The notes under the pieces are model-generated. The model was given only the letters and a program-made list of their open reading frames with translations, searched no databases and was not told where the DNA came from. From a virus (Duplodnaviria > Caudoviricetes): a stretch of DNA of 64,000 nt. The stretch lies in the IMG/VR virus record IMGVR_UViG_2889049205_000001, positions 32,001 to 96,000 of that record; one strand, 5' to 3'. The translations under genes and the position numbers were made by a program. Positions 40,662 through 51,103 of the stretch are shown one piece after another; positions within the stretch are counted from its first letter, which is position 1, and every line of letters starts with the position of its first letter.

Positions 40662-42389
40662 TTAGTACGTTACAGACCAGGTAATCCGCATGCCGGTGTT
40701 CTTGTCTTTCGTTACAGGACCGATGCCACTGATGTTGAACATGTCGCCATCGAGCTGATCCGTGAACATTCCCACCGTATAGATTTCGTGCGTTTCGTTC
40801 AGCCAGCTGTATTTCACCGCAACGACGTCGCTTGGAACCAAACTTGTATTGAAGGAAACCTGCTTGCCGTCCGAAGAGATCGTGTAATGCGTATCCTTCG
40901 TCAGCACAGTCCCATTGCGTCTCACCTCGACGATGAAGTTGCCAGAGAGGTCTTTGGTAATAGCATGCTTCAGCCCGTAAGAAGAGACGCCCGCCGCAAT
41001 GGTCAACAGTTCGTTTGGTTCTTCTTGAACCACAGGCCCAGGAACGCCTTTCGGGAAATCTGCCACGTACTGAACCGTCGTTCCGGAGTTGATTCGGTAT
41101 TCAACCGTGATCTGCCCAGGAGTTTCAACAGGTACGCCCTGCGTCGGAGCAGAGCTGAACTGCAAGATGCCTTGCGTCGGGTTCAGCAACCATACGTCGC
41201 CTTTACCGATTTCAAGACCTTTGGTCGCCGAATCGATCTTGTAGCTTGTCACAGTGTGATCAAGCGCTTCGTGGCGAATGGCAACCAGTTCAAGAACCGG
41301 GCCTTCAGCAAGTCCGTATACCAGATGGTCGTTGTTCAGCTGCTCTTGGTACTTGATCTCGATCGCAGCATTCAGTGCCGGGACAGCCGTCAGCTTCACT
41401 GTGCCCGCTGTTGCATCCACGATGCTTGCGGCGATGTCCGTACCGTCCACTTTCACGCTGACCAGTTTGAGCACCTTGTTGGTGTTCGCCAGATCAAACG
41501 TATCTTTAGCGGCGTCTCCGATGTCGTTTTGCGTTTTTTCAACGAAAGCGATCGGCTTGGTCGGAAGCACCTGGATCTCCGCTTCGCCTTTGGATACGGC
41601 AGCCGGATATTGAACCAGCTGACGGAAGCCAGTGAACTCGCCCTCCAGAACTTTGCGGAGCTTGTCGCCAGTGGCGAATTCTACAGGCTTGCCAGAAGGA
41701 TGGGTCGCAGGTTTACCGCCGATGCCCATAAAGCCCAGGGAATACCGGATCTTGTAGCTGTAGCTCACTTCGACAGCAGACTTCGCAGTTGCGAAGAATA
41801 CTTTGCCCGTTCTGTGGTCGATCTTGTAGGTTTTGTCAGCGTCCGAAGGAACCGCACCCCGTTTATACGCAACGCCGGCAACCTTAACGACTTCGGTGCC
41901 ATTTACGATCTCAACGTAAGCATTGACCGTGCGGCGGAAATCAATCTTCACTTGGTTCAGCGGCGCCACTTTGAAGACGATTTTTCCTTCGTCCGCATTG
42001 CCCACGTACACGTCTTGCTCCAAGACCAGATCCACACCGTCTACGGTGACTTTTTTGAGTTCCGTGATCATCGTGACGTCTGGAATTGCGATAACAGTAT
42101 CCGCATTCGTAGCGCCTTTGTTGACCTCGTAGGAGCCCTCTGCCTCCCGCTGCCTGGAGAGGTTGAACACATATTGCCCGTCGCCATTAGCGGCGAGCAG
42201 CGTGTCCCCCTTATCGACTTGCTGAGCTTTCACGGTTTTGGCCGGGTCGCTCATGACTTTGCCGACAATTTCATTGGCCGTCAGGACGACGAGGTTCTTT
42301 TTCTCCTTGGAAAACGTAACCTCGCCCTTCTTGTTGTAAAGCTCCAGCTTTACTCGGCCTCTTGCTTGCAGTTGCATTTGATCGTTCAT
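40662..42389 (-). CDS. Collar/whisker fibre-like protein with repeated beta-sandwich inserts
   Basis: NLVV..A..I at the N-terminus, TK....G.RITW at the C-terminus; paralogue of 42411-44486; strongly biased codons. Confidence 0.6.
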   Translation of the reverse strand: MNDQMQLQARGRVKLELYNKKGEVTFSKEKKNLVVLTANEIVGKVMSDPAKTVKAQQVDKGDTLLAANGDGQYVFNLSRQREAEGSYEVNKGATNADTVIAIPDVTMITELKKVTVDGVDLVLEQDVYVGNADEGKIVFKVAPLNQVKIDFRRTVNAYVEIVNGTEVVKVAGVAYKRGAVPSDADKTYKIDHRTGKVFFATAKSAVEVSYSYKIRYSLGFMGIGGKPATHPSGKPVEFATGDKLRKVLEGEFTGFRQLVQYPAAVSKGEAEIQVLPTKPIAFVEKTQNDIGDAAKDTFDLANTNKVLKLVSVKVDGTDIAASIVDATAGTVKLTAVPALNAAIEIKYQEQLNNDHLVYGLAEGPVLELVAIRHEALDHTVTSYKIDSATKGLEIGKGDVWLLNPTQGILQFSSAPTQGVPVETPGQITVEYRINSGTTVQYVADFPKGVPGPVVQEEPNELLTIAAGVSSYGLKHAITKDLSGNFIVEVRRNGTVLTKDTHYTISSDGKQVSFNTSLVPSDVVAVKYSWLNETHEIYTVGMFTDQLDGDMFNISGIGPVTKDKNTGMRITWSVTY

Positions 42390-42410
42390 TTCCGTTTCCC
42401 TCCTTCTGGA

Positions 42411-44486
42411 TTAGTATCCGCCGTAGAATGGATCGCCGTCTTTGTTGAGCAGCGTGATCGTCCATGTTACCCGAATACCGGTGGATACTTCTTTGCGAGT
42501 TTCGCCCACTCTTACGATCGAGAATGCGTCAACTGGATAGTTGCTGTATCCGTCGATTTTATCGTCGGTCCGAGGGCCGTCGGCCAGAATCATCTCACGA
42601 ATTGTGATGTTATGGTTTGGCACGTTTTCAGGGAACTCGGCGATGAAGCTGATGGTCCCCTTATCCAGCTGATACCACGGGTATGCAATGCCGCTCTTCG
42701 GCTTCTCGATAATTTGACGAGTATATCCGGTGGCTACGCCTGGAATCTCGGCCGAAACATAGAGCACTTCGAAGGAAGTAAAGATCGTCGAGCCGTCCGT
42801 GTCCACTGGGCTGAGGTATAGCTTATTGCCGTCAACCAGGAACTTACCAGGGCCGAACTCGGCTTTGGTGGCCGCAAGTGTGAGCACTTTCTTGTCCGCT
42901 GCTTGGCCGTTGACCTTGACGGACGTAGCTGCTTTCACGGGGAGATCCAGCGTTTTTGCTGCTTCGGACCACTCGTAGCTGACTTTCAGCGTTTCGCCGG
43001 CAACTGGTGCGGTTTTCAGCGTAAACGTTCCAGCGTTCAGATCTGGCGTCACATCCGCAGAGGCAATGAGTGTTTCCGTGGAGTCCGCTGCCACTTTCGT
43101 TACGGCAAGCGTGCCTGCCACGAGCGGCTTCTTGGCCAGCTTGAACAGTTTGTTCGTGCCATCGATAGTACCGACAGGGACTTCAGCTGTAATCGGATGC
43201 GTCACTTTGTCGGCTGTCAGCAACGATGCGATCTTCTGGATGTACTGCTCACCAGTCACATTGTAGGTGATCAGTAGGCCGCTCAGCGTGCGGTTGAAGT
43301 ACAATTTGCCTGATTGGGCATCAGCAAAGTATTTTCCTTCAGCCACTTCAGCCTTGGTCTCTACCCGATCCATCGCATCACCGTCATACTCCACGACCAA
43401 GCTCTCCGGAACGACCGGGAAGCTGATCAGCTGCGTGGTGAAAGGCGCCACGTTTGTGGTGCTGTAGACCGTAGGTGTGTCGAAGGTTTTCGTGAAGTTC
43501 TCGAGCTCGTGGATCAAGCCGTTCATCTCTTTCGTCAGTGCGTCGAAATGGATGCCGGCAATGGCAACTTCCGGATTCACGATTGCGGCGTCAGCTGCGG
43601 AGAACTTGATTTCGATCTTGTGCGCCAACGTGTGGTCCAGACCGGAGAGCTCGAAGCTTTTCTCGACAGGAACAACTGCGGCAGCGTCATAGCATTCGAT
43701 TTCATTTTTCAGCACGTTATCCACATAGATTTCAATTCGCCCGCCTTTATCGGACGAAAGATAATCCACCTTGAAATTGCTGATTTTTTCCTCGAATGCA
43801 ATCTTGTCGCCGATCGCCGGGGACACCTTATTCTCGCCGCTTGTAGCCCAGCTGCCTGTATAGGTCAGACGATCATCGGCCAAATCGACTTCGTAGTTCT
43901 TGCCGTCGCCGATACCGATGAACATGTTCGTGCTGGAGCTGTAGATTTCCGAGGTGATTGGAATCGCACCCGACACCGGCGTCTTCACAATGCGGAAGGC
44001 CTTCTTGCCGACCTGTGTGGAAGTTTCTTCTTTCAGGAACAGTGTCTTCGGACGGTAAGCATAGGAGCTCTTGAAGTCCTTGTCTTCAACCGCTTTCCAG
44101 AAGATGTTCGGGGCGTATTTCAGCTGATCTACCCCGTCTACCACTTCGGAGATTGCATCGATTCCGATATGATAGATTTTGGATTCGTCGTTAGGAATCC
44201 GTACTTTATAGAGCGTCCGCTCTGGGTCGCCAGAGAACGCACGAAGCAGAATTTCTTCGGCGCCGTTTACGACCAAGTTGGCTTGATCTGCAAGAAGGCC
44301 AAGAACGTTGCCGCTTCCATCGATCTTCTCGATTCGAATGTGCCCTTTCGGAGCAAACTCGAACACGTCATGCAAACCGCCGGATTTCGGCTTTTCCATG
44401 CGGGCTTTCAAGTCGGCCGCAAACTTTTGCTTTTTCGGGCCATCTGGCAGGAGCGCCAGAAGCTTCTCGATTGTTTGCAATTTCAT
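42411..44486 (-). CDS. Collar/whisker fibre-like protein (paralogue)
   Basis: NLVVNGA..I...IREM...RK..STGIRVTW. Contains a jelly-roll module like the repeats of 1425-5075. Confidence 0.6.
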   Translation of the reverse strand: MKLQTIEKLLALLPDGPKKQKFAADLKARMEKPKSGGLHDVFEFAPKGHIRIEKIDGSGNVLGLLADQANLVVNGAEEILLRAFSGDPERTLYKVRIPNDESKIYHIGIDAISEVVDGVDQLKYAPNIFWKAVEDKDFKSSYAYRPKTLFLKEETSTQVGKKAFRIVKTPVSGAIPITSEIYSSSTNMFIGIGDGKNYEVDLADDRLTYTGSWATSGENKVSPAIGDKIAFEEKISNFKVDYLSSDKGGRIEIYVDNVLKNEIECYDAAAVVPVEKSFELSGLDHTLAHKIEIKFSAADAAIVNPEVAIAGIHFDALTKEMNGLIHELENFTKTFDTPTVYSTTNVAPFTTQLISFPVVPESLVVEYDGDAMDRVETKAEVAEGKYFADAQSGKLYFNRTLSGLLITYNVTGEQYIQKIASLLTADKVTHPITAEVPVGTIDGTNKLFKLAKKPLVAGTLAVTKVAADSTETLIASADVTPDLNAGTFTLKTAPVAGETLKVSYEWSEAAKTLDLPVKAATSVKVNGQAADKKVLTLAATKAEFGPGKFLVDGNKLYLSPVDTDGSTIFTSFEVLYVSAEIPGVATGYTRQIIEKPKSGIAYPWYQLDKGTISFIAEFPENVPNHNITIREMILADGPRTDDKIDGYSNYPVDAFSIVRVGETRKEVSTGIRVTWTITLLNKDGDPFYGGY

Positions 44487-44498
44487 TTTTGCTCACTC

Positions 44499-46571
44499 CT
44501 AACCCTTCAAAGTATTGGTCCCCAAAATGAAGTGGCCAATTGGCCATCCTGCTGAGATATCACCCAGGGCGTACAGAACCTTCTCACGGCCGTCCAATTT
44601 GAACTGGTCCTTCAGGCTCGTCGTCACGGATATATCACGGCTGGTCTTGAGGTGTAGATTGTATTTCGCCCATAAATGAGGCTTATACTGTGGGGAAACA
44701 AGATCATTGGCTGATACATGGAACAGTTCGGAGCGGGAAGCTCCCAGATCCGGGCTGATGCCCAATCTTTCGCTGGCCAATATGCGATAATACTCCTTCA
44801 CCAATCCCCGAAGGTCATCGGATGTCGCAGCTACATCAGCGTAATGCACGACAAAGTTTTCATGCTCTGTTTCTTGTGGGGTAGAACGATTGGTAAGCTG
44901 TTCCGCCAGCAATACGTCCATATAGTCAGAAAGCCTTTCGGCTGCAGACGGCGCAAGTTTCGTAGAGTCGCTCGCAATAAGGTCCGTGTCTTCTTGAACA
45001 GAGCTTGACGTCTTGAATCGGCGGGCAGTCTGCTCTTTACTACCGATCGAGAGCTGTTCGCTTGGTGTAAACGGCATTTCCTTGTATCGGAGCGTGAACC
45101 GCTCACCCATTTCCGCAAGGGCATCTACATATTCGTAGAAATGATAGTTCACGAGTGCATGCCGCTTTGAGGTCATATGATTCAAGAATTTATCCATCAG
45201 TCCGATTTCATAGTCGTACCGGAAATCCTTGTCTCCAAGAATCAGATTCCAAGCCAGATCGTACAGGAACATCCGCTTATTAACGTCGTCCCCTTCGACC
45301 ACATCATACTCGATGATTCCATCGGAACCACTGATATAGTCGGCGTCATCGATCAGATTGATCATAACCTCTGCTATTCGCTGATCCATGAGCATATATG
45401 GCATGTACGCCTCCTGGAACATCATCCTCATAAAGAAGAACAGTTCTTCAGAAGGTGTAACGCCCAACGCTTCTTGTAGATGGCTGGCGAACACAGACAG
45501 CGTTTCTTTGGTCTCTTGTACGATACGATAATTTACATCTTCTCTGAAGATAGGCTCTGTCAATAATTTTACCGTACTGTTTGCATGGAAAACAAAGTTA
45601 TCGTGAGGCATTAGCGTGTACGCTGCCCGCAAAACTTCGGCTTTAACATCCAAAGCGTAGCGACCTTCTAAATAAATCGCCTTATTTTCGTCATTTTCTA
45701 AGAGCACTTCGATATTCGAAGCTTTCACAATGTTTTCCAGGTACTCTTCGAGGAAAATCTCCACAACCATGGAGACGATGTCGCTCGGCTTTTGCTGGAA
45801 TCGGTCGTAAGCCCGGTACATCTTCATGATGTCAGCAAATTCCCGCTTATCCGCCAAGAAATCCTCTTTGAAACTGGAGTAGAGGCTCTTGCCGATAAAA
45901 TCAAAGGAGCTCTTTAACTGTGCGACCAGCGATTCGTTTACCACATTTGACCGATCAGATTCGCTATCGAACGTCTCGGAGATCAGGTGCTCCAGCAGCT
46001 CGTCTGGCTCCAGGCTCGGGATAAACCGAACAAATTCGGAGTGACTTACCGCCTGATAAGCATCGCTGGTCATAAGCTGCAGGAACGCTTCGATCTTTTC
46101 ATCATCGATCATTTCGATAATGTTCAACAGATCATAGAGCATTTCATAGACCACAATGTGGTTAGCTTCATCTCGAGCCTCGGAATAAACCCAATCACTC
46201 TTCCACCCCTCAAGGGATATGCCCCGGATCCGGTATTGATTGAAGGCTTGAACCCCCACATAATCCTCATGTCTTGTTGAAAGCCAGTAGGATTCTGATA
46301 TCCCGGTATCAGGTTCACTCAGAACAGCTTTGATTCTATACCGCTGACCCTCGATGTCCGTTGCATCGATGCCGGTGCTGATTGATTTCTGGTGAATGGT
46401 GGACACCGTGTTCAGACCATTATTGATTGCCCGAATACGGTATGTCCCCGGTTCACCTGGAAACGAAACATGCTTGAAGATCCGATTATTGTGCTGCTCT
46501 TTGAAATCGACAGGGAAAGGCACGGCTTTAGCCATTGCATATGCCAGCTCTGAAGTCCTTGACTCAAGCAT
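44499..46571 (-). CDS. Hypothetical acidic virion protein
   Basis: 690-aa ORF in the structural operon; no motif recognised. Confidence 0.5.
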   Translation of the reverse strand: MLESRTSELAYAMAKAVPFPVDFKEQHNNRIFKHVSFPGEPGTYRIRAINNGLNTVSTIHQKSISTGIDATDIEGQRYRIKAVLSEPDTGISESYWLSTRHEDYVGVQAFNQYRIRGISLEGWKSDWVYSEARDEANHIVVYEMLYDLLNIIEMIDDEKIEAFLQLMTSDAYQAVSHSEFVRFIPSLEPDELLEHLISETFDSESDRSNVVNESLVAQLKSSFDFIGKSLYSSFKEDFLADKREFADIMKMYRAYDRFQQKPSDIVSMVVEIFLEEYLENIVKASNIEVLLENDENKAIYLEGRYALDVKAEVLRAAYTLMPHDNFVFHANSTVKLLTEPIFREDVNYRIVQETKETLSVFASHLQEALGVTPSEELFFFMRMMFQEAYMPYMLMDQRIAEVMINLIDDADYISGSDGIIEYDVVEGDDVNKRMFLYDLAWNLILGDKDFRYDYEIGLMDKFLNHMTSKRHALVNYHFYEYVDALAEMGERFTLRYKEMPFTPSEQLSIGSKEQTARRFKTSSSVQEDTDLIASDSTKLAPSAAERLSDYMDVLLAEQLTNRSTPQETEHENFVVHYADVAATSDDLRGLVKEYYRILASERLGISPDLGASRSELFHVSANDLVSPQYKPHLWAKYNLHLKTSRDISVTTSLKDQFKLDGREKVLYALGDISAGWPIGHFILGTNTLKG

Positions 46572-46594
46572 ATCAATCCCTGCCTTTCCTCGGA

Positions 46595-47167
46595 TTATTT
46601 CTCAGCAGCTGCTTTGCCCTTGCCTGCAGCTTTGCCGGTGTCCTTGGTAGCTTCAGAAGCCTTGTCAGCCTCTTGAGCTTTGGCAGCATCTTCTGCAGCC
46701 TGTGCGGCTTCAGCAGCCTTGGCGGCGGCCTCAGCGTCTTCAGCTGCAGCCTTATCGGCGTCATCGGTATTCACAGCAGCGGCTACAGAAAACAGGTCGG
46801 CCTGCCCTTCTGCTTGTGCCGTTACGACGTTGGCCGAATTAGCGTTTACCGCATCGGCACGGTCCAAGGCAAACACAGGTGTGTGCTTATCCCAAGTGCC
46901 GTCCAATTTCTTGCGGTCCTTCTCTTTTCCGCTGAACATGCCATCGAACTTGGCTTTCCAAGCGTCGATGAACGTCTGCGGGATATCCCCCTCAAACAAC
47001 ACCAAAGCTGGAGGCTGGCAACAGACGGCATGCGTGATCTTTGTCAGATCCGTATTACCGTCAACGTTGATTGTTTGCACAGGCTTCTCCAGCGTCAGAT
47101 AAGTGTTGGTGAGGGGATCGTAAAAACTCTGTTTTCGTGGCGCAAGGCCAACCTTGATCTCAGGCAT
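46595..47167 (-). CDS. Hypothetical head-associated protein with Ala/Lys/Glu-rich tail
   Basis: Follows the capsid gene; low-complexity C-terminus. Confidence 0.55.
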   Translation of the reverse strand: MPEIKVGLAPRKQSFYDPLTNTYLTLEKPVQTINVDGNTDLTKITHAVCCQPPALVLFEGDIPQTFIDAWKAKFDGMFSGKEKDRKKLDGTWDKHTPVFALDRADAVNANSANVVTAQAEGQADLFSVAAAVNTDDADKAAAEDAEAAAKAAEAAQAAEDAAKAQEADKASEATKDTGKAAGKGKAAAEK

Positions 47168-47229
47168 CTACGATCCCTCCCGTTATTTTTTGTTGGTTTG
47201 AAGTGCGATCTGTACCGGTACCGTCTCGA

Positions 47230-48315
47230 TTAAGAGACGATACGGATACGATCTGGAGCTGGCCATGTTTTCTCGAACGCCAGGTTGCGGGCAACCGCCA
47301 CGGCCTTACCTTCGTTGAGAACGCCTACGCCGTAGCGCTCTTTGACCTTGATCGTTTGAATATCACGCATCGGATCGTCGAACTGTTCCGTAGAAAGCGG
47401 GTCCTTGACCAGCAGAATGCCGATATTGGACTTGTCCACCACGTACATGTCGAATTTCTTCGTCTCGTAGTTGAACGGTGCGAACGGCGTGAAGTTCAGA
47501 TTGATCGAGAACGGAATCCGACCGGATACTTGTTCTGGATTAATCTGCAGGTTCGTGATTTGGCTGCCGCCAAGTGCAGCGTAGGACAGCGACTGCATGA
47601 TGTCGTTCTTGAAGAACACGCTCCAAGTCAGAGGATGCATCAGGATGTCCGACGGCGTGAAGCCGTTACCCATTACCGCAATGAACATGTCGATCAGATC
47701 TTCAGTGCTCATCGTGTTGTTCAGGTTGCCCGCTTCATCGTATCCGTTTGTACCTGCTTCGTGGTACTTCTGACGAATGTCATTATCGAATACAACGTGG
47801 CCGTGCTTGGAGAACTGATTGAAGATTTTCTCTTCCTTCAGTCGGGCCATCGCTTCGCCGGCTTTGCGAACCAAGATGCCGATTACGTCCCACTGGGAAT
47901 CGTTGATCATTTCGTCGGTTACACGAACGACCATACCGGACTTGCCGACCTTCACCTCTTGAGTACGGTGGAGTTGGAAGTCCACAGTTTCTTCAAGGTA
48001 GGATTGGCTTTCGCCGATATCGTGGGCCCGCATTGCGCCGATCGAAGGGAACTCAATGGAGCGACCTTCCGTCAGGCGAACCGTCTGCAGCAATTGGGAG
48101 CCGAGGTAAAGCGGCTCTGCTGCTTCCCGCATCATGCCGGTCACGACACGAGGGATGAGGATGCTTGCATCCTGCGTGGTCAGGGCCTCTTTGACAGAAA
48201 CCAAATCGCTTTTCGGGATTTGCGTCCAGTCTTCGTTCAGGTCCAGCTGACGCTGCATACGTTTAAGGACGCTCTGGGACGCCTCGGAAAGTTGCATTTC
48301 GTTTACGTTAAACAT
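47230..48315 (-). CDS. Major capsid protein (HK97-like fold)
   Basis: 361 aa. LIP..V, K.G.....TDEMI.DS..D, HPL.W and ERYG.GV patterns; position after protease and decoration genes. Confidence 0.9.
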   Translation of the reverse strand: MFNVNEMQLSEASQSVLKRMQRQLDLNEDWTQIPKSDLVSVKEALTTQDASILIPRVVTGMMREAAEPLYLGSQLLQTVRLTEGRSIEFPSIGAMRAHDIGESQSYLEETVDFQLHRTQEVKVGKSGMVVRVTDEMINDSQWDVIGILVRKAGEAMARLKEEKIFNQFSKHGHVVFDNDIRQKYHEAGTNGYDEAGNLNNTMSTEDLIDMFIAVMGNGFTPSDILMHPLTWSVFFKNDIMQSLSYAALGGSQITNLQINPEQVSGRIPFSINLNFTPFAPFNYETKKFDMYVVDKSNIGILLVKDPLSTEQFDDPMRDIQTIKVKERYGVGVLNEGKAVAVARNLAFEKTWPAPDRIRIVS

Positions 48316-48344
48316 TGTCTGTGCCCTCCTTTTATGAGCTGCGA

Positions 48345-49613
48345 TTATTTATGAAGCAAGATGCGAACTGCGCCGATGGAACCTTTGAAGTCCCAGCCAG
48401 TAGGGATACCAGGAATTTGACCAGTTGCTTTGTACGTTGCCGTCACTGCAATTGGCGCCGAACCCGCTGTGTTATCGACATTCACAACCACCAAGCCGAG
48501 CTCGTAGTTGATGTACACGATGTGACTTGGCTTCGCCGTGTCTGTATCAAGCGTCGTATTGCCGGCTTTGATAACGGCCGATCCTTCGATGGCTGGCAGA
48601 TGCAGCAAGCGGAAGTCGTGTCGGCCGGATTGGCCAGCGTTAACCATGCCGATTACTTCGTTCGTATACGACACTTCGATGTTGGCGCCGTTCGTTAGGC
48701 CAGGGATGCCCTTCGGCTGGTATTTGCCAGTGGCAATGTCCATGTTGTTGTACGTGCGCTCATACGGGTATCCAGGGAAGCCGTCTTGAGTGCCGATGTC
48801 TTCCGGACGGAAGCCGCTGTTGTTGATCCACTTGTCGTCGGAACGCATGTCCTCTTGCGACCATTGGACCCATTTCAGCCATCCAGTCGGAGCGGATCCG
48901 TCTTTAATTGGCGTTTCAACAGCCCAGATTTGGCCGAAGGATTGCTCGCCAAGACGGCTCATTTCCGTCAGTGCGACTTTCAATTCGGCAAGATCGGCGG
49001 CATCTGCAATGTCTTCACGAAGCTTGTCGAAATCGGCTTTGATGACACGGCCAACGGTGTCGGACATGACGTAATCGCCAGGTTGTGCCGGACGAGTTGG
49101 ATCTGCGTCATAGAAGGAGCCCCACTCGACTTCTTCCGCATCCGCTTTGAGCGGGATATACGGCAGTTCGATGTAGATTTCGTTTTCGACCGTAGGCTGC
49201 ATGCCGTTGAAGCCGTCAACGAATTGCTCGTACAAATTGCCATAAGCTACGCCGATCGGGCGGTTTGCTTGGCGAGTGTGTTGCGCTCCGGTTTTACCGG
49301 TTTCCGTCACGTCTACGCCGCCGTTTGCCAGCGTGATGACCGGAACCCATGCGTTCGTGTCGAAGTCTTTGACTTGACCCGGTTTGTTCGGATTGTCGAA
49401 TACGTCCGTCGCCGGTGCGATGACACGGCCTTTCGGAATTACGACGTAACCGTCGCCGCCGAAGTGGTAGCGAAACAGGCGCTTGAGGCGAGGGTCGATC
49501 AGGAATTTTTCACCTGGGCTGTCGTGCGTACCCGCCTGCAGCTTCGTATTGGAGCGGAAGTATTGGTCTTTCTGGTCCCGGATTGGGTTGCCATTACCAT
49601 GAAACAATGCCAT
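48345..49613 (-). CDS. Capsid decoration/cement-like protein
   Basis: Between the scaffold and capsid genes; VVIPKGR and PIGVA motifs. Confidence 0.6.
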   Translation of the reverse strand: MALFHGNGNPIRDQKDQYFRSNTKLQAGTHDSPGEKFLIDPRLKRLFRYHFGGDGYVVIPKGRVIAPATDVFDNPNKPGQVKDFDTNAWVPVITLANGGVDVTETGKTGAQHTRQANRPIGVAYGNLYEQFVDGFNGMQPTVENEIYIELPYIPLKADAEEVEWGSFYDADPTRPAQPGDYVMSDTVGRVIKADFDKLREDIADAADLAELKVALTEMSRLGEQSFGQIWAVETPIKDGSAPTGWLKWVQWSQEDMRSDDKWINNSGFRPEDIGTQDGFPGYPYERTYNNMDIATGKYQPKGIPGLTNGANIEVSYTNEVIGMVNAGQSGRHDFRLLHLPAIEGSAVIKAGNTTLDTDTAKPSHIVYINYELGLVVVNVDNTAGSAPIAVTATYKATGQIPGIPTGWDFKGSIGAVRILLHK

Positions 49614-49642
49614 TTGAATTCACTCCTTTTTTTAGTGACGGA

Positions 49643-51097
49643 TTACCGTCCTTTTCGTTTGTTTGCGCCGCCGAACATGCTCGAAATCATGTTGACTCCG
49701 TCTGCAAGAGTCATTGGCTTTTTGTCGCCTTCCTCGGTGGAACCACCAGGTGCTCCAGCACCAGGATTGGTTACGCTGCCCGGCTCCGGACGAGCTTGCT
49801 TGGCTTCAGCGACAAGGTCGTTGTAGGTGTTTTCCAAGGATTCTTTGGAGCGGGAAACGTGAGAATTTACTGCTTCTTCACGATCGACGCCTACCACATC
49901 CGGCTTGTTCAAGGACCGCTTCATATCCACGACCTTCTCAGCAAGCATGCGGTGAATCTTGGATTGGAGGTTTGCATTCTCTTGAAGTGCGGCTTGGTAC
50001 TCGCCTTCTTTGGTTTGCAATTCTCCCGTCAGCCTTTGGTTTTCCGTGGTCAAGTTCGTGTTTTGGCCTTCAAGTGTCGTAACACGCAACTTCAAGTCCG
50101 TAACACTTTCTTGAACTGGAGCTGCAGGCGGCGTCGCAGGTGGATCTGCTGGTGTCGCTGCAGGCGGATCTTGCCCTTCTGTCGTAGACACAGGTGGTGT
50201 AGCCGGCGGATCCGCAGGAGGTGTTGCAGCTGGCTGCTGTTGTCCCTCTTCCGGAGTAGCACCAGGTACTTGATTGTTTTCAGGCTCAGGTTCGTCCTTC
50301 ATCGGTCTTTTGCTCCCTTCTTCGAAAGTCAAGAGTTTGTCGAGTGCCGACCGTAGGTCTTGACCTGCGTTTTCGTACAGATTCACATGCGGATTGGCAG
50401 CAGTCTGGTACAATCCTTCTGCGATCTGGATGATGTCCATGCCAATGGACTCTTTCGTGCCGCCTTCTTCGCCTTCAACCACCGTCACCGATGTATTTCC
50501 AGCGTGCTCGTCCGCAGGCACGTTCACATAACTGACTTCCCGGCCGAATGTATTCCCGATGATAAAGTGGGCGGTTTGGCCCTCATAGGATTCTCCCGGA
50601 TAGTGATCACACCATTCTTCAATGCGGTTCGTTCCACAAATATTGCACGTTACCTTATCCGTGCTCGCCCCAATTGATACGGTCTGGTAACGCCCATCAA
50701 GCACTTTCTCGATAGCGTCCGGATCTGTGACTTCAACAGTGAACATCAAGCCGGCTTTACCGGATTGCGTTACATCGCTGAACTCCGCTTTGAGGATCCG
50801 TCCGATCGGTTCGCCGCTATACTGATTGTGGTGAGTGAGTACAGGTTTTGGTCGAGGAGTTGTCCAGCTCTCTAAGCCTCCCTGCAAACCCTCTTTCGTA
50901 TAGAAAGTGTAGTTGGCGGTTCGCCCTACATGAATGGCCTCCATCTGAACAATCAGCTTTCGCCGTTTGCCGGTGGCGGATTCATTCAGAACTTTGACGG
51001 ACTCTTGATTGATCTTGGCGGTTACGCCGTGTCGCTCGTCGATTCCGTCTTTCGGAAATAGCCGTTTACCTTGGTGTTCTTGCAACGTGTACCTCAT
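49643..51097 (-). CDS. Prohead protease-scaffold fusion
   Basis: PVLTHH...PIGRI...VSIG...C.IC...C.H...EVSYVNVPAD, then a Pro/Ala/Thr linker and a coiled coil. Confidence 0.85.
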   Translation of the reverse strand: MRYTLQEHQGKRLFPKDGIDERHGVTAKINQESVKVLNESATGKRRKLIVQMEAIHVGRTANYTFYTKEGLQGGLESWTTPRPKPVLTHHNQYSGEPIGRILKAEFSDVTQSGKAGLMFTVEVTDPDAIEKVLDGRYQTVSIGASTDKVTCNICGTNRIEEWCDHYPGESYEGQTAHFIIGNTFGREVSYVNVPADEHAGNTSVTVVEGEEGGTKESIGMDIIQIAEGLYQTAANPHVNLYENAGQDLRSALDKLLTFEEGSKRPMKDEPEPENNQVPGATPEEGQQQPAATPPADPPATPPVSTTEGQDPPAATPADPPATPPAAPVQESVTDLKLRVTTLEGQNTNLTTENQRLTGELQTKEGEYQAALQENANLQSKIHRMLAEKVVDMKRSLNKPDVVGVDREEAVNSHVSRSKESLENTYNDLVAEAKQARPEPGSVTNPGAGAPGGSTEEGDKKPMTLADGVNMISSMFGGANKRKGR

Positions 51098-51103
51098 TTC
51101 GAT

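Noticed and set aside
40788-42821. 677-aa plus-strand ORF, and similar ones at 34373-35767, 43314-44555, 47203-48354 and 48786-49826
   Set aside because: Antisense shadows of codon-biased structural genes; no recognisable motifs and completely overlapped by convincing minus-strand genes.
46600-46790. GCA/GCT-rich repeats
   Set aside because: Ala/Lys/Glu-rich protein tail only.
50120-50250. Repetitive DNA in the protease/scaffold gene
   Set aside because: Encodes a PPATPPA/PADPP low-complexity linker; not a CRISPR or iteron array.
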